Assembly (NCBI GenBank): GCA_964245305.1
Contig: CAXTMQ010000001.1
Span: 33,418-79,536, forward strand
Length of the DNA: 46,119 nt
Source of the DNA: an uncultured Pyrinomonadaceae bacterium
GTDB taxonomy: Bacteria; Acidobacteriota; Blastocatellia; Pyrinomonadales; Pyrinomonadaceae
Direction: 5' to 3'
Of this stretch, positions 7,932-16,973 are shown piece after piece. Position numbers and translations under genes: made by a program. The notes under the pieces were generated by a model. That model was given only the letters and a program-made list of their open reading frames with translations. It had not been told where the DNA came from and did no database searches. How positions within the stretch are numbered: position 1 is the first letter of the stretch; every line of letters starts with the position of its first letter.

Positions 7932-9308
7932 ATGTTAATAATTTCAAATGATATGAGTATTAAACAAACCGCGAAAATTTCTTTTATTCCGTATGTGATG
8001 CTATTGGTCACATTGCTTTTGGTAGCAGGCACCGTTATATACCTTTCCCATTCTGCGATTACCGAGGAAGCATTGCGCGCCGATAAAAATATCATACCGC
8101 TTAACGGTCCCTGGAAATTTATCGCCGGGGACGATATGCAATATGCTCAGTCCGGCTATGATGATTCGGGATGGGAAACCATAGACCTTACTGCGCCGTC
8201 AGGAGCGCACGATGACGATGTTGGACTTTCAGGCTTTGTGCCGGGTTGGACTGCTCAAGGACATCCGAACTATTCAGGTTACGCCTGGTATCGCCTGAAA
8301 ATTCCATCAGATAGTTTAACGGAAAACAATTTAGCTTTAGTAGCACCGCCTGCTGTTGATGATGCGTATCAACTGTTTGTTAATGAGGAATTATTAGGTA
8401 GCGCAGGCGATTTTTCCGGTAATGTCCCGGTCGCCTATAGCATTCAACCTCGTCTGTTCCTGTTGCCGGAAAATGTAAAAAATGAAAAGAATATTACGAT
8501 TGCTTTTAGGGTCTGGATGAGTTCAGCCAGTCTTGGTGCTGATGCAGGCGGTATTCACATTGCCCCGACGCTTGGAGAAATAACGCACGTTGAGCGTAAA
8601 TACAATTTTCAATGGGAACAAACTATAAAAGGCTACGTCGTAGAAGTTGTTTTGCCGATAATGTTTATTATGCTGGCAACAACAATATTCTTACTCAATA
8701 GAGGTAGAAACCAAACGACATCATGTAAATGGTTCATAATCGCTTTGGTTTTGGTAGGACTGTTGCGGCTTAACCAAGCTGTTTTTTTCTGGTTTCAAAT
8801 AGAGAGTAGTTTTCAAGCCGTTATCGTCGGGTCAGTTATCCTCAGACCGTTGGTGCTTGGTAGTTGGCTGATGGCTTGGCGGGAATGGTTTGAATTGCGT
8901 CAACCAAAATGGCTGCCTAAACTCATTGCACTGCTGACGCTGCTATTTATGACATTTCAATTGCTCGGACTTTCCTGGATTTCGGACTCAGCCCATACAC
9001 AATTTCAGACGATTGCGGATTATGCGAGGTTACCATTATTGACGTTGATGCTGTTTATCATGTATCAGGGAATCCGCAAACAGGGTATTAAAGATTCGTT
9101 GGTTTTTTTAGCAATGTTATTGGTGACAATCGCCCTATTTCCGCAAGAAATATCAAAGTTGAATATTATTCCGGGCATTTGGTTCCCGTTCGGAGTAGGC
9201 GTATCCCGCGGGCAATTTTTTTATGCGTTTTTCGTTTTTGTGATGTATGCATTATTGATAATAAGGCATAGAAAATCACTTTCGTCACGATTTTCAGACA
9301 AAACGTAA
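7932..9308 (+). CDS. 7TM receptor-like membrane protein (7TMR-DISM-like: extracellular jelly-roll/DISMED2-like domain + 7 TM helices), no cytoplasmic output domain
   Basis: N-terminal TM anchor. The periplasmic domain has GPWKF..DDSGWETIDL..YSGYAWYRLKI, followed by about 7 hydrophobic helices to the C-terminus. The start could be ATG 7953. This is the only plus-strand gene in the first 23 kb. Confidence 0.7.
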   Translation: MLIISNDMSIKQTAKISFIPYVMLLVTLLLVAGTVIYLSHSAITEEALRADKNIIPLNGPWKFIAGDDMQYAQSGYDDSGWETIDLTAPSGAHDDDVGLSGFVPGWTAQGHPNYSGYAWYRLKIPSDSLTENNLALVAPPAVDDAYQLFVNEELLGSAGDFSGNVPVAYSIQPRLFLLPENVKNEKNITIAFRVWMSSASLGADAGGIHIAPTLGEITHVERKYNFQWEQTIKGYVVEVVLPIMFIMLATTIFLLNRGRNQTTSCKWFIIALVLVGLLRLNQAVFFWFQIESSFQAVIVGSVILRPLVLGSWLMAWREWFELRQPKWLPKLIALLTLLFMTFQLLGLSWISDSAHTQFQTIADYARLPLLTLMLFIMYQGIRKQGIKDSLVFLAMLLVTIALFPQEISKLNIIPGIWFPFGVGVSRGQFFYAFFVFVMYALLIIRHRKSLSSRFSDKT

Positions 9309-9352
9309 GCCATTGATAGTTTTAACAAGTCTCTTTCGCAACTTCCGGCAAA

Positions 9353-9416
9353 GACTTTGTTCACCGGGCTTGCATCAAGATTTTCCGCAGGTGCTTTTTA
9401 TGAGACTGTTTCTAAT
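9353..9416. repeat. direct repeat B (64 nt) flanking the CGNR/7TM module
   Basis: See repeat A. In copy B a CGA codon of copy A reads TGA. Confidence 0.8.
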
Positions 9417-9569
9417 CACTCCGTCGTCAACGAAATTGTTCTGCTGCTTTGTTTGCTCGCTAACGGGGACGACAATTTTGACCCGTTCGGCTGAAAATTC
9501 GAGGAGCCTCGCGCCGAGTAAACGGCTGAAAGGCTGCGTTACCGCGAGCGTCTTTAATCCAATCGTCAA
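9375..9569 (-). pseudogene. 5' remnant of a hotdog-fold (PaaI-like) thioesterase gene
   Basis: MTIGLKTLAVTQPFSRLLGARLLEFSAERVKIVVPVSEQTKQQNNFVDDGVIRNSLIKSTCGKS*. The N-terminal pattern (PF..LLG..L.E......V.V) and a degenerate xHGGvI.sL.D region resemble PaaI/4HBT proteins. It is truncated after 64 aa inside repeat B. Confidence 0.5.
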
Positions 9570-9611
9570 TAAATCCGTTATATCATTTTACGATGCCGCA
9601 CTCGCGCCCCC

Positions 9612-10409
9612 TCAGTCGAGCAGTTCGATTGCGTCGCCCGCCTTCAGTATTCCTTCGATTAAAACGGCGCAATAAACTCCGGCGTAAGTGTCGTGCGCTT
9701 TGGCGACCGAGCGCAAAACTTGCGGATTGTGTTCCGCAGTTTCCGGGTCGAGCGAAATCATCTTGCAGCGCGGGTCGCGTTCTAAAACCATAATTTCCGC
9801 GTGCGAACCGACGCGAAGACGGCGACCGACCAACCTATCTTCGGCAAATCCGCCATCGTCAGCCGCCGCAAAATTGAAATAGACGTTCGCCCGAAAACGC
9901 CGCTTGTCGAGCAAAACTCCGGTTTCCGATTCGATTTGCCGAACGGTTTGCAAGCTGATTAACGAAACGGGGCGGCAATCGGTCAAAGCGCGGTCTGACC
10001 TCGCAAGCGACAGATGATTTTTTTCGCTGATTCCCGCGCCGAGCATTTCGATTAGTTTCGGATCGTCAATGGCAAGCGTTTCGCCCGACGGCGCGACGAC
10101 ATCTAAAACAAAATCGTCCGGCTCGGCGTTGGCAGGAGTTACGCCGGGCGCAATCTGCATCGCTTCAATCAAATTCGACGGCTTAACGGAGCGTTCGGGA
10201 TGACGAAACTGCGGGCGATAAAGCAACATTTGCGGCTGCGTGTTGGCGTTTAAGTATGGAAATCCTGCGCGTGCCGCCGAACTTTTGAAGGCAACCACGC
10301 GGTCGCCGTAAATGCCCGCAAAACCCATAAAAACTTCGGGCAACTGCTCGCCGCCCATACTTTTGACCGGATATCGCCATAAACTTTCGATTGTTCCGAT
10401 TGTTGTCAT
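9612..10409 (-). CDS. MOSC domain protein (YcbX-like, MOSC_N beta-barrel + MOSC)
   Basis: N-terminal IESLWRYPVKSMGGEQL and C-terminal GVYCAVLIEGILKAGDAIEL. Confidence 0.85.
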   Translation of the reverse strand: MTTIGTIESLWRYPVKSMGGEQLPEVFMGFAGIYGDRVVAFKSSAARAGFPYLNANTQPQMLLYRPQFRHPERSVKPSNLIEAMQIAPGVTPANAEPDDFVLDVVAPSGETLAIDDPKLIEMLGAGISEKNHLSLARSDRALTDCRPVSLISLQTVRQIESETGVLLDKRRFRANVYFNFAAADDGGFAEDRLVGRRLRVGSHAEIMVLERDPRCKMISLDPETAEHNPQVLRSVAKAHDTYAGVYCAVLIEGILKAGDAIELLD

Positions 10410-10454
10410 ATCAGTTTCATTTTCGCCTTTGAGAGGTTTGCGGAAACATCTAAG

Positions 10455-10787
10455 TTACGCCCTGAACTTTAGCGAAAACAACGTCGCCGCGACGAATAAT
10501 CCCGCGCCTAAGAAAATATGCGGCGCGGGAAAAATCAGCAGTAGCAAAACGAACACGGCTAAAGTAACGAAATTTGCCATCGCGCAAAGAGTTCGCACGA
10601 GCGTATCTCTGCCGACATCACGCAACAGAACAACATTCAAAAAGCCCGCGAAAATAACGCTCAAGCCCGCGCCGGCAAACCACATCGCATCGGCGGAAAG
10701 TTTGTCGTATGCGCCGAAAGCGGTCAAAATATGAACCGTGCCGAGCGCGATAATCAAGCCGATTATGATTTTATAAATAATTTTCAT
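10455..10787 (-). CDS. small integral membrane protein (3-4 TM)
   Basis: I prefer the start MKIIYKIIIGLIIALG at 10787, 4 nt after the upstream methyltransferase stop. The longer track ORF overlaps that gene. Confidence 0.55.
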   Translation of the reverse strand: MKIIYKIIIGLIIALGTVHILTAFGAYDKLSADAMWFAGAGLSVIFAGFLNVVLLRDVGRDTLVRTLCAMANFVTLAVFVLLLLIFPAPHIFLGAGLFVAATLFSLKFRA

Positions 10788-10791
10788 CCGT

Positions 10792-11433
10792 TTAATCGGA
10801 TTTCCTCGCAAAGATATAGGCTCTCCGGGTTTGATGTTCGACCGCCTCCGCGTATGGGTCGCGTTCAATCGCTTCTTCGATTTCAAAATTCGCCGCTTCA
10901 AGTTTTTCTTTGATTTCCGCCGTCTCGTAAAGATAAAAATCCAGCAAAACTTTTTTATCCAGCATCTCGTCCAGATGAATTGTTTCCCGACCGATGTGAA
11001 ACGAAACTAGCAAAACGCCGCGCGGCTTGAGAACACGGTGGAGTTCGCCGAAAACTTGCGGAATCGAATCGGGCGGAATGTTGACGATTGAATAAAATGC
11101 CGCCGCCCCGCCGAAAGATGCGTCCGCAATTTTTTGGAGATTCAGCATATCTCCGGTTTGAAAAGAAATTTCCGGGTTCAAAATTCGCGCTTGTTTTATC
11201 ATGTCCGGCGATAGATCAATGCCGCAAATCTTTGCTCCGCGCTGATAAAGATAACCGGCGATTTGTCCGGGTCCGCAGCCCACGTCGCAGATGATTCCCA
11301 AGTCAGAGACCTTTTCGATGAGCCAATCGAGCATTTTCCGGTCGAACGGCTTTTTGTCCATTTCATCACGAAACTGCGCCGCGTAGTTTTCAGCCACAAT
11401 GTCATAATTATCCTGCACGTCATTGTTTTTCAT
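10792..11433 (-). CDS. class I SAM-dependent methyltransferase
   Basis: Motif I ICDVGCGPGQIAGYL and post-I GIDLSPDMI, plus LKPRGVLLVSFH. Confidence 0.85.
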   Translation of the reverse strand: MKNNDVQDNYDIVAENYAAQFRDEMDKKPFDRKMLDWLIEKVSDLGIICDVGCGPGQIAGYLYQRGAKICGIDLSPDMIKQARILNPEISFQTGDMLNLQKIADASFGGAAAFYSIVNIPPDSIPQVFGELHRVLKPRGVLLVSFHIGRETIHLDEMLDKKVLLDFYLYETAEIKEKLEAANFEIEEAIERDPYAEAVEHQTRRAYIFARKSD

Positions 11434-11506
11434 TTTGATATTTTAATAATGCGGTGAAAATTTGATTAAGCACCGTTCACGCGCGTAGCTTTTTGGCAGA
11501 AACTCA

Positions 11507-11929
11507 TCAATCAGCATTTTCTATTTCGCCTGAATCCAAAAATTGCAAAACCGCCGCCGTGTCCTGAAACATCTCCGATTCGATGATTTTCCCGTCGCGC
11601 AATTTATAAACGCTCGCGGCGGACGAATCGAATTTTTGTTTCCCGTTTGCCGCGCGCTGTCGCCACAGCACGACGACCGTATCGCCCGCGTCGAGAAACG
11701 TCGGACTTAGATTTCGTTCGGCGGCGGTTTGCAGATTGTCCCAAACTTTCCGGTAGCCCTGCGCGTGTTCGAGCGCGCCTTCCAAGCCGTGATATTCGCC
11801 GCCGTAAGGCAAGCTGTCGGCTTCGCGGATGCGAATGTTTTCGTCGTAAGCTCCGAGAACCCAAGTGCGGTCGCGGCGTTCGACCGCCTCGAAAAGTTTT
11901 TTGACGACTTCGACGTTTTCTTTCGACAT
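11507..11929 (-). CDS. SnoaL-like / NTF2-fold (ketosteroid-isomerase-like) protein
   Basis: MSKENVEVVKKLFEAVERRDRTWVLGAYDENIRIRE..LPYGGEYHGLEGALEH. The internal start at 11929 avoids overlap with the upstream gene. Confidence 0.7.
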   Translation of the reverse strand: MSKENVEVVKKLFEAVERRDRTWVLGAYDENIRIREADSLPYGGEYHGLEGALEHAQGYRKVWDNLQTAAERNLSPTFLDAGDTVVVLWRQRAANGKQKFDSSAASVYKLRDGKIIESEMFQDTAAVLQFLDSGEIENAD

Positions 11930-11960
11930 AGTATTTTCTCCTTCGTTTTCATTTCGCGGT

Positions 11961-12617
11961 TTAATAAAGCGTTTCTCGCACTCGTTGAGGAAGCTCGCGG
12001 TCGTATTCTTCAGCATCAATTTTGCCGTTCACATTCGCCGCCAAAATCTGTCCCATCGTCGGCACATTCGCCGCCGCCGAATGTTTTTCGGGATGCCATA
12101 AATCGGAACGCACAAGTGCGCGTGAACAATGCACGAAAGCCTCGCGGACGCGGACGATTAAAACCGTTTTCGGCGTTTTTCCTTCAACTGCAAACTGCTT
12201 GAGCAAATCGGGCGCGACAGAGATTTGCGCCGTGCCGTTGACGCGAAAAGTTTCCGCGACGTTCGGCACGAAAAACAGTAAAGCAATCTGCGGATTTTCG
12301 ATGATATTCTTTAAACTGTCCGTCCGGTTGTTGCCGCGCCGGTCTGGCAGCAGCAAAGTTTTTTCGCCCGAAACACGCACGAATCCGGCATAATCACCGC
12401 GCGGCGAACAATCCAGATTTCCCTGTTCGTCGGAAGTGGCAAGAACGACAAACGGCGCGGCTTCGATGAACCGGCGGCTGTTTTCGTCTATAAAATCGTT
12501 GACTTTCAAAATCGAACGCTCGTGCGGCTCGCCGTATAAACTTTTCAGTTCTTCCTGAGAACGGAGAATGTAATAATTTTCTTCGAGTCGCTTTAATCTG
12601 TTAATTTCGTCGCTCAT
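11961..12617 (-). CDS. pyridoxamine 5'-phosphate oxidase-family (FMN-binding split-barrel) protein
   Basis: FIEAAPFVVLATSDEQGNLDCSPRGD..LLLPDRRGNNRTDSLKNI..NPQIALLFFVP. Confidence 0.8.
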   Translation of the reverse strand: MSDEINRLKRLEENYYILRSQEELKSLYGEPHERSILKVNDFIDENSRRFIEAAPFVVLATSDEQGNLDCSPRGDYAGFVRVSGEKTLLLPDRRGNNRTDSLKNIIENPQIALLFFVPNVAETFRVNGTAQISVAPDLLKQFAVEGKTPKTVLIVRVREAFVHCSRALVRSDLWHPEKHSAAANVPTMGQILAANVNGKIDAEEYDRELPQRVRETLY

Positions 12618-12648
12618 AAATGATTTCCCGACTCTGCAATTTTTCCGG

Positions 12649-13428
12649 TCAAATTCTTGCAGTCACAAAAATATAATCGCTCGTCTGCTCGTGTCGCTCG
12701 ATGATTGATTGTATTCGCCCGGATTCGATGTCGGCGGCTAAACGCTCGCATCCGGCTTTGACTTCGTTTTCTTCGGCGAGCAGCGCGAAAGTCGAAATGT
12801 TGCGGCGCACTTTATCGTCAAGGTAAATCTCCGGTTTGTATTTGCCGCTGTAAAGAAATAAGTCCTGCAAATCTTTGCGGATTTCATACGATTCGGTTTC
12901 CAACAAATCGAATTCGGCTTCGCGCAAAGCGTGTTCAATCGTTTCCAAATCGGGCAGCGCGGCGGCTGATTTTTCAATCGCTACCGGAAAATATTCGGCT
13001 AACCAGTAACCTCTGGTTTGTTCCGGCAAAGACGTGAAAATGACGAACGCGGCTTTCGGTTTCAACACGCGCCGAATCTCGCCGAACGCGAGCGGCAAAG
13101 ATTCAAAATGATGAATCGCCAGCGTGCAGATCGCGCCGTCGAAAGATTCGTTTGCGAAGGGCAGCGAAGCCGCGTCCGCCAAATGCCATTCGACCGAATC
13201 GTTTTTCCGGCGAGCCGTTTCAATCATCTGCTCGGCGCAATCAATTCCGTGCCACGCGCCTCCCTTTTCTTCGGCTAAAGCGACGGTGTAATTTCCCGTG
13301 CCGCACGCGACATCTAAATAAATTCCGCCGCGTTTTATGTCCAAATTGAAAGCCAGACGACTGACGAGATACGAATCGGCGCGTCTGGTCGAATCATAAT
13401 TTCTTCCGATTCGGTCATAGTTTTTCAT
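12649..13428 (-). CDS. class I SAM-dependent methyltransferase
   Basis: YLDVACGTGNYTVALAE and FDGAICTLAIHHF. Confidence 0.85.
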   Translation of the reverse strand: MKNYDRIGRNYDSTRRADSYLVSRLAFNLDIKRGGIYLDVACGTGNYTVALAEEKGGAWHGIDCAEQMIETARRKNDSVEWHLADAASLPFANESFDGAICTLAIHHFESLPLAFGEIRRVLKPKAAFVIFTSLPEQTRGYWLAEYFPVAIEKSAAALPDLETIEHALREAEFDLLETESYEIRKDLQDLFLYSGKYKPEIYLDDKVRRNISTFALLAEENEVKAGCERLAADIESGRIQSIIERHEQTSDYIFVTARI

Positions 13429-13432
13429 TCTT

Positions 13433-14092
13433 TCAAACCGCTTCCTGCTGCGCGAGCGACGCGATACATTTTTCCCGCGCGCTCCACAATTGCTCGAAAC
13501 TGAATTGTTCGCTCAGATTTTTCTCTCGTATCCAGTTTTGAAAAAACGTCCGGTGCAGCCGGAGTTTATAGCCGCCGATTTGGTCGGGTCGAATTCTTTC
13601 TTCATACAGAAAATTTTCGATTGGCTCGATTGCTTCTCCGTTTGAAATCCGAGTAACGTCAATTCGCGTTTTCCCGTAAGTCAAATAGCAATGAGCTTCG
13701 GGAAGACTTTTCAATCCGAATTCGTCAAGCACCGTGCCGATGCCGGATGTGTTTTGGGCGTTCATCTCGTAAATTCCCAGATTCAGAAAAATTTGCCGTT
13801 TCTGCTCGACGGCGAGCGCGGCGAGCAGCGCGTGTTTCGTGCTGCACGTTCCGCACCGTTCTTTCAAAACCAAATTAAAATCAGCGCGATTCGTGTTTCT
13901 GCCGTAAGGCAAACGCCGGACGAAATTTAAGGCGGCGCGAAAATTCGCCAAACCGCGCGATAAAAATTCGTCGGCGATGCTATCGCCGGAGATTAAATCA
14001 AAGTTCGGTAAAATCCCGCAAATCCGCATAAACTCCGCTTGCGCCGGCGGCGCGACATTTCTCGCAAAAAGAGCTTCAAGAATATTTTTCAT
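13433..14092 (-). CDS. conserved hypothetical protein (Cys motif ERCGTCSTKHALLAALA)
   Basis: 219-aa ORF, co-directional, overlapping the upstream CMD gene by 17 nt. I recognise no family. Confidence 0.6.
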   Translation of the reverse strand: MKNILEALFARNVAPPAQAEFMRICGILPNFDLISGDSIADEFLSRGLANFRAALNFVRRLPYGRNTNRADFNLVLKERCGTCSTKHALLAALAVEQKRQIFLNLGIYEMNAQNTSGIGTVLDEFGLKSLPEAHCYLTYGKTRIDVTRISNGEAIEPIENFLYEERIRPDQIGGYKLRLHRTFFQNWIREKNLSEQFSFEQLWSAREKCIASLAQQEAV

Positions 14093-14651
14093 TTTCCCAC
14101 TCGTTTTCCGCCAATCGCCGAAGCCCGTCCGATTCGAGTCCTAACGGCACGGCAAAAGCGTTAAAATACTGCTCGAAAGCGTTCATCGCCACGATTTCGA
14201 TGATTTCCGTTTCGCTGAAAAATTTTTGCAGGTTTTCAAAAGTTTCATCCGTGACTTTTCTGTTTTTCGCGTATTCGTCAACAAAGCGAACAACCGCCTG
14301 TTCTCTTTCGCTAAAAGTTTCCGCTTTACTTTCTACATTTTCACCAAGCGCGAAAAACTTTTCCGCGCCTAATTTTTGTTTGATTGCTTGAGCTAAAGAA
14401 ATGTCGTTGCAAAACGCGCAGCCGTTTAACATAGAAACGCGCGTTTGGATTAAAAGACGCAAACTCGGCTCAAGCGAAACATCTTTTTCTTGAAACCCGT
14501 AAATCTTGTTCGCTATCCACATCAATTTCGGCTTGCGGGCGTAGATGATTTTCATCGGCATTATCACTTTGCCGAATTCCCTGCGCGACCACCAATAGGC
14601 GATTTTGATTAGCAAATTGCTCGGATTTTCGATTGGTTTTAATCTCATCAT
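14076..14651 (-). CDS. carboxymuconolactone decarboxylase (CMD/AhpD-like) family protein
   Basis: CxxC-type motif NGCAFCNDISLAQA. 191 aa. Confidence 0.8.
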   Translation of the reverse strand: MMRLKPIENPSNLLIKIAYWWSRREFGKVIMPMKIIYARKPKLMWIANKIYGFQEKDVSLEPSLRLLIQTRVSMLNGCAFCNDISLAQAIKQKLGAEKFFALGENVESKAETFSEREQAVVRFVDEYAKNRKVTDETFENLQKFFSETEIIEIVAMNAFEQYFNAFAVPLGLESDGLRRLAENEWENEKYS

Positions 14652-15041
14652 CTACACAAAAAAAGTAAATCTGCCGCAGGCGACAAAAGCGCACAGCAGA
14701 AGTATAAGAAGATTCAGCAAAACGGTCGTCTTTTCGCCGCGTCTGAAATGAAAGACTGCCGCTAAAATCATAATAATTCCGAAACCGATTGCCGCCAGCG
14801 GCGTGAGAATCGGCAAAATCCCCGTCAAATGCGGCAGAATTATTCCAATCGTGCCGAGAATTTCCATAATTCCAATAAACTGAATCGTTTCGGGCGATAA
14901 ATCTTCAGCGGCTGTTTGCCCCATTTTAACAAGCTCATTTTTCGTTTTAGCGGACTTCATCAAGCCCGAATAACCGAACAAAATCGCCAATAAAATCTGG
15001 CAAACCCATAACGCGACGTTCAACATAAAAACCTCCGGCAA
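14652..15041 (-). CDS. DoxX family membrane protein
   Basis: 4 TM helices, ILFGYSGLMK near the N-terminus. Abuts both CMD genes with 0-1 nt gaps. Confidence 0.75.
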   Translation of the reverse strand: MPEVFMLNVALWVCQILLAILFGYSGLMKSAKTKNELVKMGQTAAEDLSPETIQFIGIMEILGTIGIILPHLTGILPILTPLAAIGFGIIMILAAVFHFRRGEKTTVLLNLLILLLCAFVACGRFTFFV

Positions 15042-15042
15042 A

Positions 15043-15537
15043 CTAAGCGTTTTGTTTCGCCGTAACTTTCGCCGCCTCGAACATTCCGGGCTGATAACCG
15101 CCCGCTTCCGTCAGAAACGCGATGTTCAGACGATTCCAACCGTTGATAGTAACTGTCGCCATTGTTAAATCAATCAATTCGGGTTCGCTGAATTCTTTGC
15201 TTGCCGCTTCAAAAACTTCGTCGGGAACGCTCTTGGTTTCGCCGACCAAAGTTACGCTTTCCGCCCAAGCCAAAGCCGCTCTTTCTCTTTCGGTGTAGAA
15301 CGGCGATTCGCGCCACGCTTCGAGGCAGTAAAGCCGCTGCTCGGTTTCGCCCGCCGCGCGTAAATCCTTCGAGTGCATATCCAGACAATACGCGCAGCCG
15401 TTGATTTGCGAGACGCGAAAATATATTAGATTCAGCAGATTCTTTTCGAGCGGCGATTTTGCCAGATAAGCTCCAAGCCCGAACATCGCCTGCAATGCTC
15501 CTTGTGCGTTTGCCATTAAATTCAGTCTTTGTTTCAT
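15043..15537 (-). CDS. carboxymuconolactone decarboxylase (AhpD-like core) family protein
   Basis: VSQINGCAYCLDMHSKD (CxxC...H). AAGGAG Shine-Dalgarno sequence upstream. Confidence 0.85.
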   Translation of the reverse strand: MKQRLNLMANAQGALQAMFGLGAYLAKSPLEKNLLNLIYFRVSQINGCAYCLDMHSKDLRAAGETEQRLYCLEAWRESPFYTERERAALAWAESVTLVGETKSVPDEVFEAASKEFSEPELIDLTMATVTINGWNRLNIAFLTEAGGYQPGMFEAAKVTAKQNA

Positions 15538-15563
15538 AAAAAATTCTCCTTTTTATAAGCAAA

Positions 15564-15589
15564 GACGAACAGCATTACGATTTGTGACA
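15564..15589 (-). promoter_or_regulatory. ECF41-type promoter TGTCACA-N15-CGTC upstream of the CMD-DoxX-CMD operon
   Basis: Minus strand: TGTCACAAATCGTAATGCTGTTCGTCTTTGC, 26 nt before the ATG at 15537. Same architecture as 18215-18240. Confidence 0.7.
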
Positions 15590-15617
15590 GGATTGTTGAA
15601 CTTTCTCAGTGTGCTAA

Positions 15618-16040
15618 TCAGACGTAAGACAACACTGTCGCCAGAACGAAGCAGCCCATCGAAATTCCCGTATAAATTGCCGGTTTTGAAAACCAAAATT
15701 TCAACGACAAAATTAGATAAATCGCCGATACCAAGACGGAACAACCCTGCACAATCGGCGACTGCGAAAACAATTCGGGATGAGAAATCCCGATGTAAAG
15801 AAACGCGCCGCCGAACATAACAAGTCCGAGACTGTGGCTGAAATGAAATCCCAACCACGCCCGCCACAGATTGATTTTCGGGTGAAGCGCGACCGCTGAT
15901 TGCTGCATTGCGGCGCGAAGTTCAGCATCTCGCGGCGTAAACCAGCGCGGACGGCTGAGGTCTTGGAATGTATAAATCGCGTGTATTACGCCGAGCAGCG
16001 AGAAAATGCCCGCGCCGGCGATAACAAATAATTGAACCAT
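15618..16040 (-). CDS. integral membrane protein (4 TM), unknown family
   Basis: Start MVQLFVIAGAGIF at 16040 overlaps the upstream stop as TAATG. The longer track ORF (to 16370) overlaps the DoxX-like gene in another frame. Confidence 0.6.
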   Translation of the reverse strand: MVQLFVIAGAGIFSLLGVIHAIYTFQDLSRPRWFTPRDAELRAAMQQSAVALHPKINLWRAWLGFHFSHSLGLVMFGGAFLYIGISHPELFSQSPIVQGCSVLVSAIYLILSLKFWFSKPAIYTGISMGCFVLATVLSYV

Positions 16041-16495
16041 TAAAGCTCCTGCTCCGCAGCGCGGGTTTCTTGCGACCACTTTGCTCGATGCTCGTGCAGT
16101 GCGAGCAGCAACGCGCAGGCTGATGCCGAATAGACCGAGTAGTCGAGCGGCGGTTTCAGACCGGTGTAGATGAGCATCGCCGTAGCGAACCAGAACAGCA
16201 GCACAGCCGCGCCGAACGCCGCCCAGCGAACGCCGATGCCGCCAATCAGCATCACGGCAAGCGTCGTTTCGGCGAGTGTGGAAGACCAGGCAAGCACCGG
16301 AATTAGAAAGGAAGGCGACCAAGCGTTCAATTCGGCGGTTCGGGCGATAAAATTTTCGGACAAGTTCCAATTAAACTGACCGCTCCATAACCCGAAGCGG
16401 CTGGCGACCGCCGACAGGAACGCCGCGCCGAGCGCGAATCGAGCAAAACGCGCCGCCCAGTTTTCTAATGCGATATATTTTTTCATCTGTTTCAT
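16040..16495 (-). CDS. DoxX-like membrane protein
   Basis: ARFALGAAFLSAVASRFGLW and 4 TM helices. ATGA overlap with the upstream gene. Confidence 0.6.
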   Translation of the reverse strand: MKQMKKYIALENWAARFARFALGAAFLSAVASRFGLWSGQFNWNLSENFIARTAELNAWSPSFLIPVLAWSSTLAETTLAVMLIGGIGVRWAAFGAAVLLFWFATAMLIYTGLKPPLDYSVYSASACALLLALHEHRAKWSQETRAAEQEL

Positions 16496-16929
16496 TCGCC
16501 CGATTCTCCGAGTTTTGAGTGATTACCCGAATCAATGCTTTGGTTTTCAATATTAAAATGTGTGTCGCCCGCCGTGTTAAGCGGGTGAATCAGAGCCTTG
16601 TTGCAGTAGGTCGCTTTTTCAAATTCGCGGATGCTTATCGAAAGAATTGACACATCGGGAAACATTTCATTTAGCCGCTCGATTATTTTTCTTGAAAGAC
16701 TCGCTTTTTGTTCCGCGCTTCTGCCTTCCATAATATTTCCTGAAATGTGTATGAAATCTTTTTTGCCCTCGCCCAACTTAAAATACCGGAAAGAGCAAAG
16801 CCGAACTTTAATGTCGTTTTCGGCGAATAATCCGGTCGCTTCGGCGGTGTCATAGACAGCCTGCATTATTTCTTCGGGTGATTTTTGCCCGATGATATTT
16901 TCCGAACAGTCAATGATAAAGTGCGGCAT
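16492..16929 (-). CDS. 5-carboxymethyl-2-hydroxymuconate isomerase-like (tautomerase superfamily)
   Basis: MPHFIIDCSENI (Pro-1 after Met) and collinear resemblance to HpcD as I recall it. Confidence 0.75.
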   Translation of the reverse strand: MPHFIIDCSENIIGQKSPEEIMQAVYDTAEATGLFAENDIKVRLCSFRYFKLGEGKKDFIHISGNIMEGRSAEQKASLSRKIIERLNEMFPDVSILSISIREFEKATYCNKALIHPLNTAGDTHFNIENQSIDSGNHSKLGESGE

Positions 16930-16973
16930 TGATGATTTACCTTTCTGTTTCTTCAAGCGGCAAAACTTTTGTT

